64,000 nt of DNA from the NCBI GenBank assembly GCA_000165425.1, contig CT868674.1, positions 62,001-126,000 on the forward strand, written 5' to 3'. Every line of letters begins with the position of its first letter. Positions within the stretch are counted from its first letter, which is position 1. Below are positions 40,769 through 54,151 of the stretch, piece after piece. This stretch comes from Paramecium tetraurelia. Its lineage: Eukaryota. The notes under the pieces were generated by a model, which worked only from the letters and a program-made list of their open reading frames with translations, had not been told where the DNA came from and did not search any database. Position numbers and translations under genes: made by a program.

Positions 40769-42159
40769 TCACCATTCCAATACATCTAAACTCTTCTCAA
40801 AATCAGCAGAACCTTCGTAAAATTGGGAATACCATTATCTCCAATTTAATAAGGCTTGGTCAGCCTGAGATTTCATATTATATCTTAGGGTTTCTGAAAA
40901 TATCTTAGCATTCCACAATTTGACATCGAATATCACCTATCTTAATTCAGCATGAAGAAGATAAGCCGATACCCAATAAGGTAAGTAATTATTTGTAAAT
41001 ACAGTGTGATAGACTTTTTATGTGAATTTTTCCACAGGTTAGATTGCCTACTTAAATAGTACCTCAAAGATGGCACTCTTAACGTATAATGCAACTGTTG
41101 CTGGACCCATCTAGAATCCAGTCGCCCAAACAGCATGGAATTTGTACTTATTAAACAGAATGACATATCCATCTAACAACAAAACATTCAAATATGGAAT
41201 GAGTTCTTTGTTGACAAGATATTGATCAAATAAAGATTTCTAGTAAGTTCTACACTTTTCAACTGGATGAGTCATTTTCTCCAAGAAATCTGGATCTTTG
41301 GCATTTTTAGTTCTCATCTCCCATCTTAGTTATACCAACCATGAGGGTATGATATCCATAGCCGAATAATGAACATAATCAAAATGTTTCATATCAGCGC
41401 CATTTTCAGGAATTTCTTGAATGTGGCAATTCACATAATTTACACTCTCAGCTCTCAAATTCAGATGTTCACTTTACTCATTCACTAGATCGTACCATCT
41501 AAATTAATAACAAATATATGTACGGTTTTGATTCTTTGGAATGCAGCCAAATATATACGATTCCTTTGAGTTCTTTGACAAGATAAGTTTTAATTTTAAC
41601 TTCTCCATCAGATATTTTCTATAGATACTCTCCTTTCTGGTTTTTGGTTACTCTCTCAATGTCAGGATAACAATATGTTGAAACTACTTTAGGATCTAAT
41701 TTATCAGAGTTAACACATAAGCCACTTTTACCGTCGAAAGCCCATCCATGGAATGGACATCTAATTATGATATAAAGTAATTACTCTATGCAGGATCTGA
41801 ATTTTACTTAGCCTCCAATTCCTAAATTAGCACCCATATGTGGACAATAAGCAGCTACTGCATACACTGTTTTATCAGTTCCTCGATAGTATGCTATGTG
41901 TCTACCACACAATTTGATTTCTCTCACTTCTCTATTTTATTATCATTTAAACATACCCTGATTACAACTCCCCAGATCTACATAGACGATACCAGCCATT
42001 TGGATAAGAGGGAGGGCATTTTCCTCTAGGCAATTTGTTTCTTATATTGTGTTGTTCCAATTCCTCAACGATTGAAAAGAATTTGAATTTCCTGTAATAC
42101 AGGTAATAGAGGATGAAGGCTATCGATGTTAGGATGACTTCCCACGAGAAGATTGTCAT
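40769..42159 (-). CDS. nvd: Rieske-type sterol C7(8)-desaturase (Neverland/DAF-36 family)
   Basis: N-terminal TM, PPSYPNGWY, AYCPHMGANLG..CPFHGWAFDG (Rieske), QEIPENGADMKHFDYVH (mononuclear Fe), WRQWYSQFY. Confidence 0.92.
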
Positions 42160-42247
42160 TTTGAATAGGATTTAATGAAATAAATTTATATTTTATATCT
42201 TCTTTAGTATATACAGTTATATTATTTTAATATTTAATCAGTTAACA

Positions 42248-43676
42248 ATGGCAGAGGAAGAAGATAATCAAGTAATACAATTTGAAGGAGATGACCAAGA
42301 ATAAAATGTAATCAAGCAAACTATTTACTTAGGATAATCATTAAGAAAAATCTCCAATTGAATAAAAAGAGGAACAGGTTAATAATTACGATTAAAACTA
42401 TAATCAAGAGCAGGAACCACATTCTAATGATCTTAAACCCCTTGAATCTGAAAAATAACCCATCTAAGTGGTTCCTGATGTTGAAGAAGGGTTTTTCAAT
42501 CGAATTAAAGGATGCTCTTGCAGGAGACAGGCTGATGAAAAAACAGAAGAAAACAATGATGGATGCATTACGAAGTTAGATAAATTCATTTAGAAATACT
42601 TCACTCCTACATATTTGCTTCTAGTATACTATTCTGTCTTTTCCACAGCATTGCTTTTCTCACTTAAATTGATCATTTAAGATTAAGATCTGTATCATGC
42701 TGAAATTTTAGGGGTATTTTAAATTTAAAAATATTAGGGCTTGTTTCTATTCGTTCAAGTTTTGAAAGGATTGCTCATCTATTTTCTGAACGATGAATGG
42801 CTTGATGAATTGCCTTATTTGGATAGTACCTTTGAGAATGGCTGGAGATTATTTAAGATAACATTCTTTGTTATAACTAATTTAGATATTTGTTATTGGA
42901 TCTATTACATCTATGCTTAAAATAAAAAGGATGGCACAATTGAACACATGATGACACTGTGTAGAATGGTAGATGCATTCTTCTTCAATTTCCCTCTTAT
43001 GATAGTGTTTTTCTATCTTTAATTGCAAGACTTACAAACCATTCAAATACCTTATCTAGTTATTGCAGGACTCAATTTGCTCCAAATAGTTAATGGATTC
43101 ATGCACTTAAACTTTTTTGCTGGAAGTTCCTTCTTAAGCATCAGATGGAGCATTTAACTCATTTGTGAATTATATGTTAAACTCCTCTTAGTTGAGTCAG
43201 TGTACATTTAGTTGGCAGAATTCAATATTCAATTTGAGTACTTCGGGTTATTCTGTTTGTGTGGCCTAATTCAATTTTACTTATTCTCTGAAGATCAAGA
43301 TATAATTGGATAAGTATTGTCCATAATCTATTTTCCCAATTGAAAACATTCTTTGTGATTACATTCAAGGAAGAAAGCTTTGGAATGTCAGATTTGGATT
43401 GCGATGCATAACCAGGAATTCTAAATGTTGTTGTCCAAAAATCAACGTAGTATTTTCATTTTATTTAGTTATTCCTATATTTAGAAGGCATTCAATTTCT
43501 TCTAATTGTTATCCCTCGCTTTCATTTTTTGGCTTTTTGGTGGATGGGATAACATCATGAAGAATGAGATACTCTATTATCTGTTCCTCGTAGGATTAGG
43601 ATGTTTAGGTATTATATCCTTGAACTTGTTATATGTTGTTCTAAGTGGATGGAAAAAGAACATGGTCAAACCTTGA
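42248..43676 (+). CDS. Multi-pass membrane protein with acidic N-terminus
   Basis: E/Q-rich N-terminus followed by many hydrophobic segments, several tiny introns. No family recognised. Confidence 0.7.
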
Positions 43677-44415
43677 ATTATATATTTTAATAAATTTTAT
43701 TTAACCCTAATAATTTATAATAAATTATAAAAAATAAATAATAAATATTCTGTCATAAGCTAAATTAACCAAAATTCTTATAAATCTTGAATTTTTTAAG
43801 AAGAAAGATTACATATTTATATAATTTGAAAGTATAATTGTGAAATCAGTAAGATTTTTTTTAATTTTTAGATAAAGAAATAGTAAAATGGAACGATATT
43901 ATTATTTATCGAAATTTTGTTATTACATCAATACATCAATCATTATCACATTTACTACTTTCTGTATATTATTATTCATATTTCAATTATCTTTCTTATT
44001 TAATAAAAAATACATTTCTTTATTAAAATTAATTTAAAAATTATTATCTTATTTTTAAATTAATCATTAATAGAAAAATAGAATGCTCCATTACCATTCT
44101 AAAATCCTTGTGATGAAGATAGAATCTTAAGATTTTACTGCCAATACTTAGCACTTTCTCAATGTGGTTATTGCTTTGATTTTTATAAGAGAAGTCCCAA
44201 AATTAATATTATACAGGCACAAGCTCTGGATTAATTTCTAAGGCCTCTATTCTCTATTATTATTTAATTCGTGATAGTTAAAGGTCTAATCCATTACCAG
44301 AATATTGCCTATGCATTTCATTTTCCCCTTATCTTCAATAGGCAAGAAATTAAGGCAAGCACAATAATGTAATAAATACAGATTTAATTCGTTCAGAAAT
44401 ATATAATAATAGAGA

Positions 44416-44682
44416 TCAAGATAGCACGGCCTAAATACCCAATCGGCCTTTGATTGTGATTTTATTTTTTAGAATTGAATTTAAACCAATTCTAGTTTCA
44501 AGTGGTTTAGAAATCCCTATTACAAATTTGTGTTGTTGTAAGGTGGTTAAGAAATTATCCTGGTCTTGCAAAATGGGCTATTCATTCAAATCTGTGTCTA
44601 TGAACTCCCACTCATTTAGTTTTGATGAAGTTGAGTGATCAACTTATGATAGCTTTTTCTGGATTTTTTCATGTGTTTCCAT
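44416..44682 (-). CDS. Possible 88-aa ORF or gene relic
   Basis: METHEKIQKKLSQVDHSTSSKLNEWEFIDTD... open to TGA at 44416. Coding-like sequence with stops continues downstream. Confidence 0.3.
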
Positions 44683-45067
44683 ATAAGCGATTGATATATT
44701 TATCGAAATTATTATAGTGTTATCTTAATTTTAATAATAATCACTAAATCATATTACTTCAGTGAGGCCAATTAAATAACAATAATTTTCAATCAATTTT
44801 ATTTCTCACCTAAACCTCGAGCCCTAACTGCTCCTTATTACTAATTACAGTCTTCTCTAATGTACAATTGAATGAAAAACAATAGTAAAACTACCTCATA
44901 ACAGGAGAGACAATTTTACTGGGAGAACAAGTAGTTGAATTAATTAATATAAATTCTAAACTTTGATTCCTAAGTTAAAGTAGCTATAAGATATTATGAA
45001 ATAAAAAAACTGAATATTATCACGTAATAATTAATTTGTATTTATAAAACAATTTAATCCAACATCA

Positions 45068-46436
45068 ATGGGATCTAAGAATTCAAAAGAAACAAGTAAG
45101 ATTTACAAAGATAACTTTAGGTTCAAATGACGCTGCATAGATAAATTTAAAATAGGAGAAGAAATAGGGTCAAGTTGAATCGAATTAGAAATCTAATTCA
45201 AGGAGTTTGAAGACCAAAATGAAATCGTTGCCAAATAAAGAGTAATTCATGAACGATGTGCCTTAATTAGAGGAAGAATAGCCTTAACAACACTAAATAA
45301 CATTCTATAAGGGGGATTTTGAGAATCAAAATTTTCCTCAATTAGATCAGTCAACAGTTTTCAATAATAATGCTCAAAGCTAGTTAAAAGAGCAAGGGAT
45401 AGGCTCATCTCTGGATGCTAACGTAGAAATTCATGACGATCAAGCTATGGACGTGAATGGATGCAGAAACAAATTGAGAAACAATAGGCTGTTTTAGATG
45501 GAAGAACATGATCCTATAATAGTAGCCATTTTGGATGATTTGGAATCTAAAACATCTATTCATCATCCATCCAGTGCTTAGGCTAAGCTATATCTTGGCT
45601 CTTAAATTATGATAAAGAATCGAATTATAGCTGGCTTTTGGAGCAAGTTGGGACCGTATAAAGTAACAAATTTTCACTTCAAACCATTTGAACTTCATGA
45701 GGATTAGATTTATTATGGGGAGTGGTTTTAATAAAAAAGAAATGGTTTTGGATTTTTGATTTGTGATGATTTTATTTATGAAGGATATTGGTTGAATGAT
45801 GTTTATAACGGTGATGGAAGGATGATTTGCAAAGATGGAAATATTTACATCGGAGAGTTCAGAAATGGCTTATTTAATGGTGATGGTTTCCATCTTAACA
45901 ATGAATAAATAGTTTATGAAGGTGAATGGGAAAATGGATAAAAAAATGGAATTGGAAAAGAGTAAATGCCTGATGGATCAGTTTTTGTTGGACAGTTTCA
46001 AAAAAATTCAAGGAATGGTTAAGGGAAACTATACAATAATAAGGAATAATTTGTGTTTGAAGGTTAATGGATACATGGAAAGGCCTTGGAATAAGGGAGA
46101 GTAATTTGGTAGGATGGTAGAATATTTGAAGGGAAGTGGTGCAATGGAATGATGCATGGTCATGGAGTATTTATATGGCCTGGAGGCAAGAAATACATTG
46201 GGAATTATGTGAATAATGTAAGGGATGGATATGGAGAATACTATTATCCAGATGGAAAGATTTATAAGGGAATGTGGAAAAAGGGATTAATGCATGGATA
46301 GGGAATCATAATCTATCCAAATAACTCTCATGAGAAGGGGTAGTGGAAACAAGGAAAGAGAGTTGTAAGTTAAGAAAAGAAAGATAACGAAAAGTCTAAA
46401 AAAAAATAAGAAAATAAGGCTCTCTTGCCACTTTGA
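45068..46436 (+). CDS. MORN-repeat protein with N-myristoylation motif
   Basis: MGSKNSK start. About 9 repeats of YxGxWxxGxxxGxG (e.g. YEGEWENGQKNGIG, YKGMWKKGLMHGQG). Confidence 0.93.
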
Positions 46437-46512
46437 TAATATTTTGATATTACTTATTTTTAGAGTTATTGTAATAATAAATAAACCTAAAGTTATCTTA
46501 TTCAATTATAAA

Positions 46513-49500
46513 TCATTCTTTAAGTGCACAAATAAGTGCTGTTCCTCTTAATGTCCAATAATCAGGAGGTTAATCTAAAGTTGGTAAATCCTAAAATTAT
46601 ATATATTTATAATTAATTACCACAGCCAAAACGTAATTTGTACTTTGTCCTGTAGTGGATAACACACCAGCTCTAGTTTATGTTTTGTAAACAGGACAAC
46701 TAATTAATTAATCACAATTAATACCTATAATTATCAGATCTCGATTAATATTTGTCCTATTGTAAAGGTAAGAAGTGGATCACTGGCATCAACATACTCA
46801 TTTGACCCTAAATATAAATAATAATATATTACAAAATTAAGATCAGCCAGACATTTCTTCTTCCATTGAGCCCCTTCTAAGAACAGCCCATAAATAAATA
46901 CACCATCAACTGGTTTGATTGAACATTGTTCCTTCTCAAATTCCTACACTTTAAATGAGAAAACAAGGTTGTCAATAGCTATGGCTGTCTTACGAGCATG
47001 AGTTTATAAAACACCAGTTAAAAATCCTTAAGGATAAAAGAACCCTGATATCCAGAAACAATTAGGTCCTCCTGTAACAAGCCATTCCGACATGAACTTC
47101 ACTCTTTCTTTCAAGTCTCTAATCCATGATGCCAAACCCTTCAACGACAAATATCCGACTTTATTCCAAACCTTTGGAACTTCATTGTTCATTAGTGAAT
47201 AATACATGCTATCCAATTCTTGACTCATTACCACTATACCTTCAATAGCTTAAGCCAATCCTTACAATGTTCTGCCCATAGTTGAGAGTAAAATGTTAAA
47301 ACGCTCTAATTCTTACAATAGAACTGTAGACAAGGAGGGAATTAGATTTTTCTCTGGATTAATTTACCATAATTCTTTATTAGATTCTTCTTTGTTTAAG
47401 AGAGGAGGGAGATCATCTTAAATACTCTTGACAAGTTCTAATACTATTTAATCAGGTGTTTTTTCTGATGATCCTCCGCCTTCTCTTGGCTATATAGACA
47501 AGATAGTTTCTAGGATTGAGTCGCTTTCTCTTTATTGGAATGTAATATTGGCATTTTCATGCATACCAAAAACTGCAGGATCATCAGTCATGGGTAAAGA
47601 TTCAACATATTTAATATACTCTTCAACTACATTTTTCTCAGGTATTCTGTATATGTTATTTTCACAAAAGACATAGTTATCATCCAAGACCTCATTGCAT
47701 ATGAATTTCCTCAAAATGGTCATCAAACATCTTCTATCCCAATCATCAGTTACTCTACCTCCATAGTTGATATTACCACTGACATACAACATGGCATCCC
47801 AAGGTACAGTGTCATTTTCGCCTAAAAGCATCTTAATGACTGTCTTTGAAGTATCAAGATCACTATCATTAAATTCATATTTGATATTCCATCCCAAAGG
47901 ACCGAATTTCTTTCTTTCTTAAATAATGGCATGGAAATAGCACAATCCCATAACCAATTTATGATAGATCTCTGGTTTAGCAGCAGTATCCAAGAATTCA
48001 TTAGAAATATCTTAAAGAGATCTCTTCAGATTTGCCTTCAAACCTCGAGGTGGTTCTGTTGTTAATTTAATTCCATTTTGAAGTATACTTACAGGGAAAT
48101 ATGAAGCAGGCATTGAAGTTAAGAACAACCTATAACTAGGGTTTACTGTTTATTTCTTGGCTGTAATATCATCCACCAATTTTTCTAAATCTGGCATAAA
48201 TGTCCTTGCCAAATGACAATTTTATAATAACACCCAACCTCCCGTTGTGGTAGCATCATTAATTTGTTTGGTTGCAATCTTTCCTTAACCTTGACCCAAA
48301 GAGATAATAGCTAAGTTTTCTTCAAAGTTTCTTTCCTTTGCGAATTTTAATATCTGTGATGTTGGATCTGCTCCTTAGGATAGTACAAATATAATAGGAG
48401 TTGTAACATCAGAGTCATTATATAATATTTCCATAGTTGTGTTTGGAGATTCCAAATAAAATCTACCAATGTTTTATTCAACGTAACTTGAGAGTGCAAA
48501 TAATATTTTTTCACTTCTAAATATCTTAATAATCATCATTTTTTCAAATTCATCCAATTTACTTTGATAAGGTTCTTCTAATTTCACAACCAAAGNNNNN
48601 NNNNNNNNNNNNNNNNNNNNNNNNNNNNNNNNNNNNNNNNNNNNNNNNNNNNNNNNNNNNNNNNNNNNNNNNNNNNNNNNNNNNNNNNNNNNNNNNNNNN
48701 NNNNNNNNNNNNNNNNNNNNNNNNNNNNNNNNNNNNNNNNNNNNNAATCAAAGCTGAAAATAAGGGTAGATCATCTTTCAAAAACTTTGGCACATTGCTG
48801 TCTCTCATTGCTCTGATTAGAACAGCATCTTCAGGTTAATTGATATCTGCTCTTTTTAATGCTCCTGCCATGACTAACACAGATTTGACTGCTCTCATAC
48901 CAAAATCATAATGATCCTGTTAACTCAACTGTTGGGAACTCAACTGATATAATTGAGTCATTTTTTGTGACAAAGACTTGGCATCTTCAAACCCTTTCTG
49001 CTTAAAGCATGATTTCAGCAATTAATTTATAATCAGGAATCATCATAGATACTGGTCTAAATAAGACCTTTAGATTGTCTGGTAATTCTGTTCTGCCTGC
49101 ATATCCTGGATTCATTGTAATGAATACTCCCACTTCTTCCTTTAAATTGATTGGTTTATCTGGATTCACAAATATAAATTATTAATCTCTTCTGATTAAT
49201 GCCTATCTTACAGTTAATAATTGTTGAGCAATGACACTTAACACTTCAATATCAATACGATTGAATTCATCCAAACATGCCCAAGCTCCTTATTAAACTA
49301 AACCACTGAATAATCTTCCCATCATCTTATATTCAATTTGATCAGAACAATTGAACACAACACAAAACATTCCCAAAGCTTTGGCCAAGTCCTTAGTTGA
49401 TTCTGTCTTTCCTGTTCCTGCTGGTCCAGCTGGAGCTGCTCCTAATTTAATATTCAATGCTCCAGTAATTGTCATCCAACATCTGTCTGTCAAATTAGTA

Positions 49501-52500
49501 ATAACCAATCTTGTTGTAGCTCCTAAATATTCGTATCCATAATTTAATTTAGCATTAACTTATCTCACTATAATTAGATCATTTTCATCCATATAATATC
49601 TTAATTATTATTACCATGAGAATTCACTGATTGAACTAACATTTTCATCAGTTAAAGCATCCACAATATCTCTAGCATGAACATCTTAAGTAATCAATGC
49701 CACTATGACTTTGTGTTGAAGTGGAGTCAATGTACCTCTAACTAAGGCAGTCAATCCATTCAATGACTCATATAACAGATTATAGTGTTTTGATAAAGCA
49801 GTAGAATCATCTGTCATACTATTAATAGCTTATTCAGTATCATATGTCCAGATTAGATTCGAAATTGTGGCAACTACTTGAGCTGGTTAATTTAGTAACC
49901 AGTGATTTCTTTCTTAGGTTTCACTCTCTACTTTTCCTTGTTTCATTCTCTTCTTTAAGGATTCAATCATCTAATCTTAAACTTTCATCAACCACAATTC
50001 AACTTCTTCTTTTGTTGAAACACCCTTTACAAATGGAATCTTCTCTCCTTCTGGTGAAATCATTCCATTTACTGATCTAGCACCTTCTTCAGGTTATTCA
50101 AGTCTATAAATGGCTTCAAAACATTTCTTTAAATTTCTTTGAATTGCATCAAAATCCTATGATTTAGCCAAAATTTCCAAAAGCTCATCATTTGATAAGA
50201 AATAAAATCTTGGGAATGCCATTCTCTTTTCTTCTAAATAAGATTCTAATGCCTTTTGGATTCTATTTAATGTTTCTTTGTATTCTCTAAATTTATCTAG
50301 TAATCCACTTGCTCTATGAACTTACTTCTATGAATTAGTTTTCTTCATTATAGCCTTAAATTGTTTATCGACATTTTCAAACAAAGCATTTTCTTCCTTC
50401 AATTTTGTTTTGATATCCTGACTGGCAAAAATATTTTCCAAATAAATCCAATTTTTCTAAACTTATAGCCAATCATCCAAAGTTTCCTATGCAATCAACA
50501 CATCCTTTTATAATTTTTCAGCTCTCTTTCTCAACATCTTCAAGTATCTACTTCCCAATATATTATTTAAACTTGCCAAGAAATCATCTAAGGCAGCTTA
50601 TAATTCATCTATTTCAGTGAGCACATAAACTTCCTTGTTCCTTAGGTTTTCAGGCTTATAGTTAACACATGTAAATTCTAGAGCCTTCCACTTTTACTCA
50701 ATATCATTAAACTAGGCATCTAAGACAGCTTCCTAAGTGGCTTAAGTAGCAACTTCTTATATCTATTCTTAATAGATTCCAACTTTCATGTCCATTAAAT
50801 TTCTTAATGTAAATGTTTCAGTGATCTCAAAGTCTTATTTCAGAATCTCTTATTTGATTTGCACCCAATGATAATCTTTTAAATTTTTATTCCTTAATGC
50901 CAAGACAACAGGCATTGTGTCTTTGAATGAAAATACCTTATCTTTTAATTCATCTAAAACTTGATTAGCTGGTAATCCCTTAGAACATCTATTGACAATC
51001 TTGGTATAATATTCTCCTTTGGCCTTAATTTCATCTGTGTTGATATCTATAAATTTTCCATCAATCCATGATTAAGTTAATTCAATCCACTCCTTTGTAG
51101 ACTTCCACATTGAATACCTGAAAATCAAATCATTCCTTAAATCCTCTAAACTCTAGAATTAAGAAGTAGGTAATCCTAAAGTGCTTTCATAATGTCTGTA
51201 TTTCTTAGCATCTGCTTCTAGTTTCTTACATTGTTCATCACATTCTCCTAACTCTTTAATGGCTTAATCTAAACTCAATCCAGCATCAATGTATTTTTTA
51301 TCTTAGATTATTCCATCTAAAGCACCAATCTACTTCTCCAATTGAGGAATAAGGATATGTTGGACATCTCTTGCAAATCTATCAAGTTTAGATTCTGCTC
51401 CTTCTTCTGCATGATGAATAGCTTATTCCAATAGATTTTATGCTTAAATGATATCAACTACATATGCTTGTTTGTCTTCTTTTTTCACTTCTATCTTATA
51501 TTCATCAAGAATATTATATATATGACCAACAAGTGAAATCTTAGATTTGATTTTATTTAATTATTTTTGAATCAATTTCAATGAATTACTTTGCTTAACA
51601 AATTCATCAATATTTGTAGTTGCTCCTTTCAAAGCAGCTGTTGATGATTACAACCATTCCTTTAATTCTTTGCATCTATTTCTTAACATTGGTTATATAA
51701 ACGCATCAAATGATTTCAATAATTCAGCTGGTAGAGGTTCCAACTTCTTTTTTAATTCAAGAGAATCAATCTTAAACAATCCCTGCATACTTTCAATAGG
51801 AATGTCCTTTTAAAATTATTCCTTCTGCATATTGAGTACTGCAATCGTGTATTGGAATGTGTCTCCAGGATGTGCTAATTTCTCATCTTTGAAAATATTG
51901 ATATTAATTTATTAGTCTTCCCAATAGGTCAATAAATGCTTATTAAAGTACTTTTCTATATATCTATCAGCTCTTTCAAATGCTTTTTCTAAAATATTTT
52001 TAACAACGCCTGTAAATGTTTCAAGTGGTGCTGAATCCAACCAATCAGAAGGATTCAAATAATTAGATTCTGGATGACCCCACTCCTCACCAACCATATC
52101 ATCCCATTCTTCCAACACAGCAACGTATTGAGTCATATCATTGTGTCTGCTCCATCTCTCAAACGCTTAAATTGCATTCAATCCTTCTCCTATACACTTT
52201 ACAATGTCTGCATGAAATGTATTCAATTATGGTTTCTTTATAATCCAATGCTTAGAAATATTGGGAATCACTGTTCTTTTGTAAATTTTATTTTCATCAT
52301 AAGTTCCTCCGTCAGTCTCGTCTTCCTCACTATCATCTTCAACCTTGCCCTTCTTGCCTCCTTATGGTTTTTCTGCTTACTTTTATTCCTCTGTCTTCTC
52401 TTCTTATAAATGAGCATGATACAGTATATGAAAATCATCAACAGTGCTATTACCAAAAGGTTAGGGTATAAATTCTGGAATGTCTTCAGTTTACATATCT

Positions 52501-54063
52501 TCTCCAGGAATTTAGTCGAAGGTGCAATCTAACTTAATCACAAAGAGAGGTTCATCAAATCGAATTGGGGGTTTGTTGTTTGCTTCAAATGTTACATTAA
52601 AATCATCAATGGATTCTAGAGATTTTAGTTTTGATATCAAATCTCTCACTGAAAGTGTATAGATATTGCTCAAACTTTCCATTGCTAAGAAATCTACTAG
52701 ATAAGAAAAACGCAAGAATTTTGAACATTCCTTCCTCAACTATGATCTTTTCTCATAAGTCATACTGTCTGGGAATTACAAGGTTTCATATGCAATTTCT
52801 CTTGTTCTGAACACATTTGTTCCAGTATCTCTTGGAGCATTTCCACCAAATTATTCATCATTTTAAGGCACATAATTTTATTTCCTTAGGATATCCAATG
52901 ATTTATCATATCCACTTTGCACAACTTTTCGACATGCTTGAGAGTATGATCTGATTTTCCCGCTCACTTTATTCCTGTATTGATCTTATAATTATTTGAA
53001 TTATTCTAAAGTAAATGTGCTATCACTCATGGTTAGTTGATGAGATGTTTCAAATCCAATAAAACGACAGGTTTCCATCATATCATAGGTGTTTTTTCTC
53101 ACTGTTAGTAGTGTTTCTCTCATGATGGGGTTCAATAAGAAATACTTGTCCAAAAGAGCATTCTAGATTGTTTTGGTTTTATGTTTGATCACATTGCTCT
53201 TCCACATCTTAAGGGTTTTCCATTTTCTGAATTTGGTAAAGAATTTTAATGACTTAATTTAATGATAGGTTTATCTTTCTCTTAGCCAATTTCTGAGTGG
53301 TATAAATTCAGTTGGTTTGCCATTGATATAATGACATAATCCTTTTCTTGAAATGGTGTAATATTCTTTAATTTCAGTCTTCTTATCATCTCCTTTAATG
53401 GTTTTATAATCCACAACTGTCAACATGTAAGGATCATCTTAACCCATCCTCTTCTTTCTCTTACAAGATATATATATTCATCCACACTTGTTGTATTGCT
53501 CAGAATGAGGTCTATATATTTGTCTAACTTAGATTTAGTTTCTTTCTCAGTAACGCCAAATTCTTCATCATGCGCCAATGTTTCTTTAAAGGGACTTTAA
53601 ATTCGTGGGTCAGAATCAAGAGGTTTAAGTTTGAAGCGAGATCCCAGTGAACTCATACCAGTCTTTCGCATTAAGTAGTTGCGTTCCTCTTCTGGCATAA
53701 TGGCCAAGTATTTTTAATCAATTTAGAACTTACCCGATAATTTGTCAACAAGGTATTTGGTTCTATAGAGCTCATCAACATTTTATTTAAAGGTTGTCCC
53801 CATGGTCATTCTAAGTGGGTCTAGTTTTTGTTTGCTTTATTGAGCAACTAGTTTGGGCACTAACTTCAAATAAATTGAATGAAATACTTGTTGTTAAGTC
53901 CGAGTGACTGGCCTTTTCTGCTAACCTCCTCGATCATATAATCGAGATTTTAATTGCAACTGATTTGGCGATTTCTAAATATGAATATCACGCGCATTAC
54001 CACATTTCGCAATTATTCATGTTCGTCCTAATCTTCATATTCCTAAGACTAGAAGAATGACAT
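46513..54063 (-). CDS. Axonemal dynein heavy chain, single-headed inner-arm DNAH6-like; interrupted by assembly gap
   Basis: [35 protein letters not shown] (P1), [67 protein letters not shown]. Confidence 0.96.
48596..48745. other. Assembly gap (150 N)
   Basis: Run of N inside the dynein gene. Confidence 1.
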
Positions 54064-54151
54064 TTTTTTAATATATTAATTATTTAAGTTATCATTTTTT
54101 GTAATTTGTTTTCATTAGGAATTACCAAATCAAAAAAATATAATATCGATA

